Source: Escherichia coli (GTDB taxonomy: Bacteria; Pseudomonadota; Gammaproteobacteria; Enterobacterales; Enterobacteriaceae). From it: a DNA stretch of 64,000 nucleotides. The notes under the pieces were generated by a model. It saw only the letters and a list, made by a program, of their open reading frames with translations, did no database searches and was not told the origin of the DNA. Shown here piece after piece: positions 63,864 through 64,000 of this stretch. The stretch lies in the NCBI RefSeq assembly GCF_024223415.1, contig NZ_CP100500.1; one strand, written 5' to 3'. Numbering within the stretch: the first letter of the stretch is position 1; each line of letters starts with the position of its first letter. A program made the translations under genes and the position numbers.

Positions 63864-63895
63864 GCCGCCCGTCAACTCGACAAGCTTTACGTGAC

Positions 63896-63971
<76 letters not shown>

Positions 63972-64000
63972 AATTTTGCACCCAGCAAATTTGGTACGTA

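Overview
This window reads as a contiguous Escherichia coli-type chromosomal segment, in reverse orientation relative to the K-12 map as I recall it. It is almost entirely conserved core genes: ypfM/acrD, narQ, aegA, nudK, ypfG, tktB-talA, maeB, the full 17-gene eut ethanolamine-utilisation microcompartment operon, hemF, amiA, ypeA-yfeZ-yfeY-yfeX-yfeW, murPQR, ucpA, cysPUWAM, yfeK, pdxK, crr-ptsI-ptsH, cysK, cysZ, zipA, ligA, ypeB, yfeH, yfeR, the valU-valX-valY-lysV tRNA operon, gltX, yfeD/yfeC and a tRNA-Ala(GGC). Gene calls come from reading the supplied six-frame translations and recognising the proteins from memory; no database search was run, so all comparisons to K-12 are recollection. 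The accessory content is small: (1) an IS3-family (IS150-group, IS1397-like) element inserted in a REP palindrome between eutG and eutH; (2) a single-base frameshift in eutH; (3) an IS200/IS605-family element downstream of gltX whose tnpB carries two compensating frameshifts; (4) a small FlxA-like ORF with a sigma28-like promoter between yfeR and lysV, where K-12 has yfeN-xapABR, next to a 61-bp direct repeat duplicating the lysV 3-prime end and terminator; (5) REP/BIME clusters and a few unexplained palindromes. I found no CRISPR array, no prophage body and no convincing novel multi-gene system; the most interesting unexplained locus is the FlxA-like gene plus the lysV-flanking repeat.
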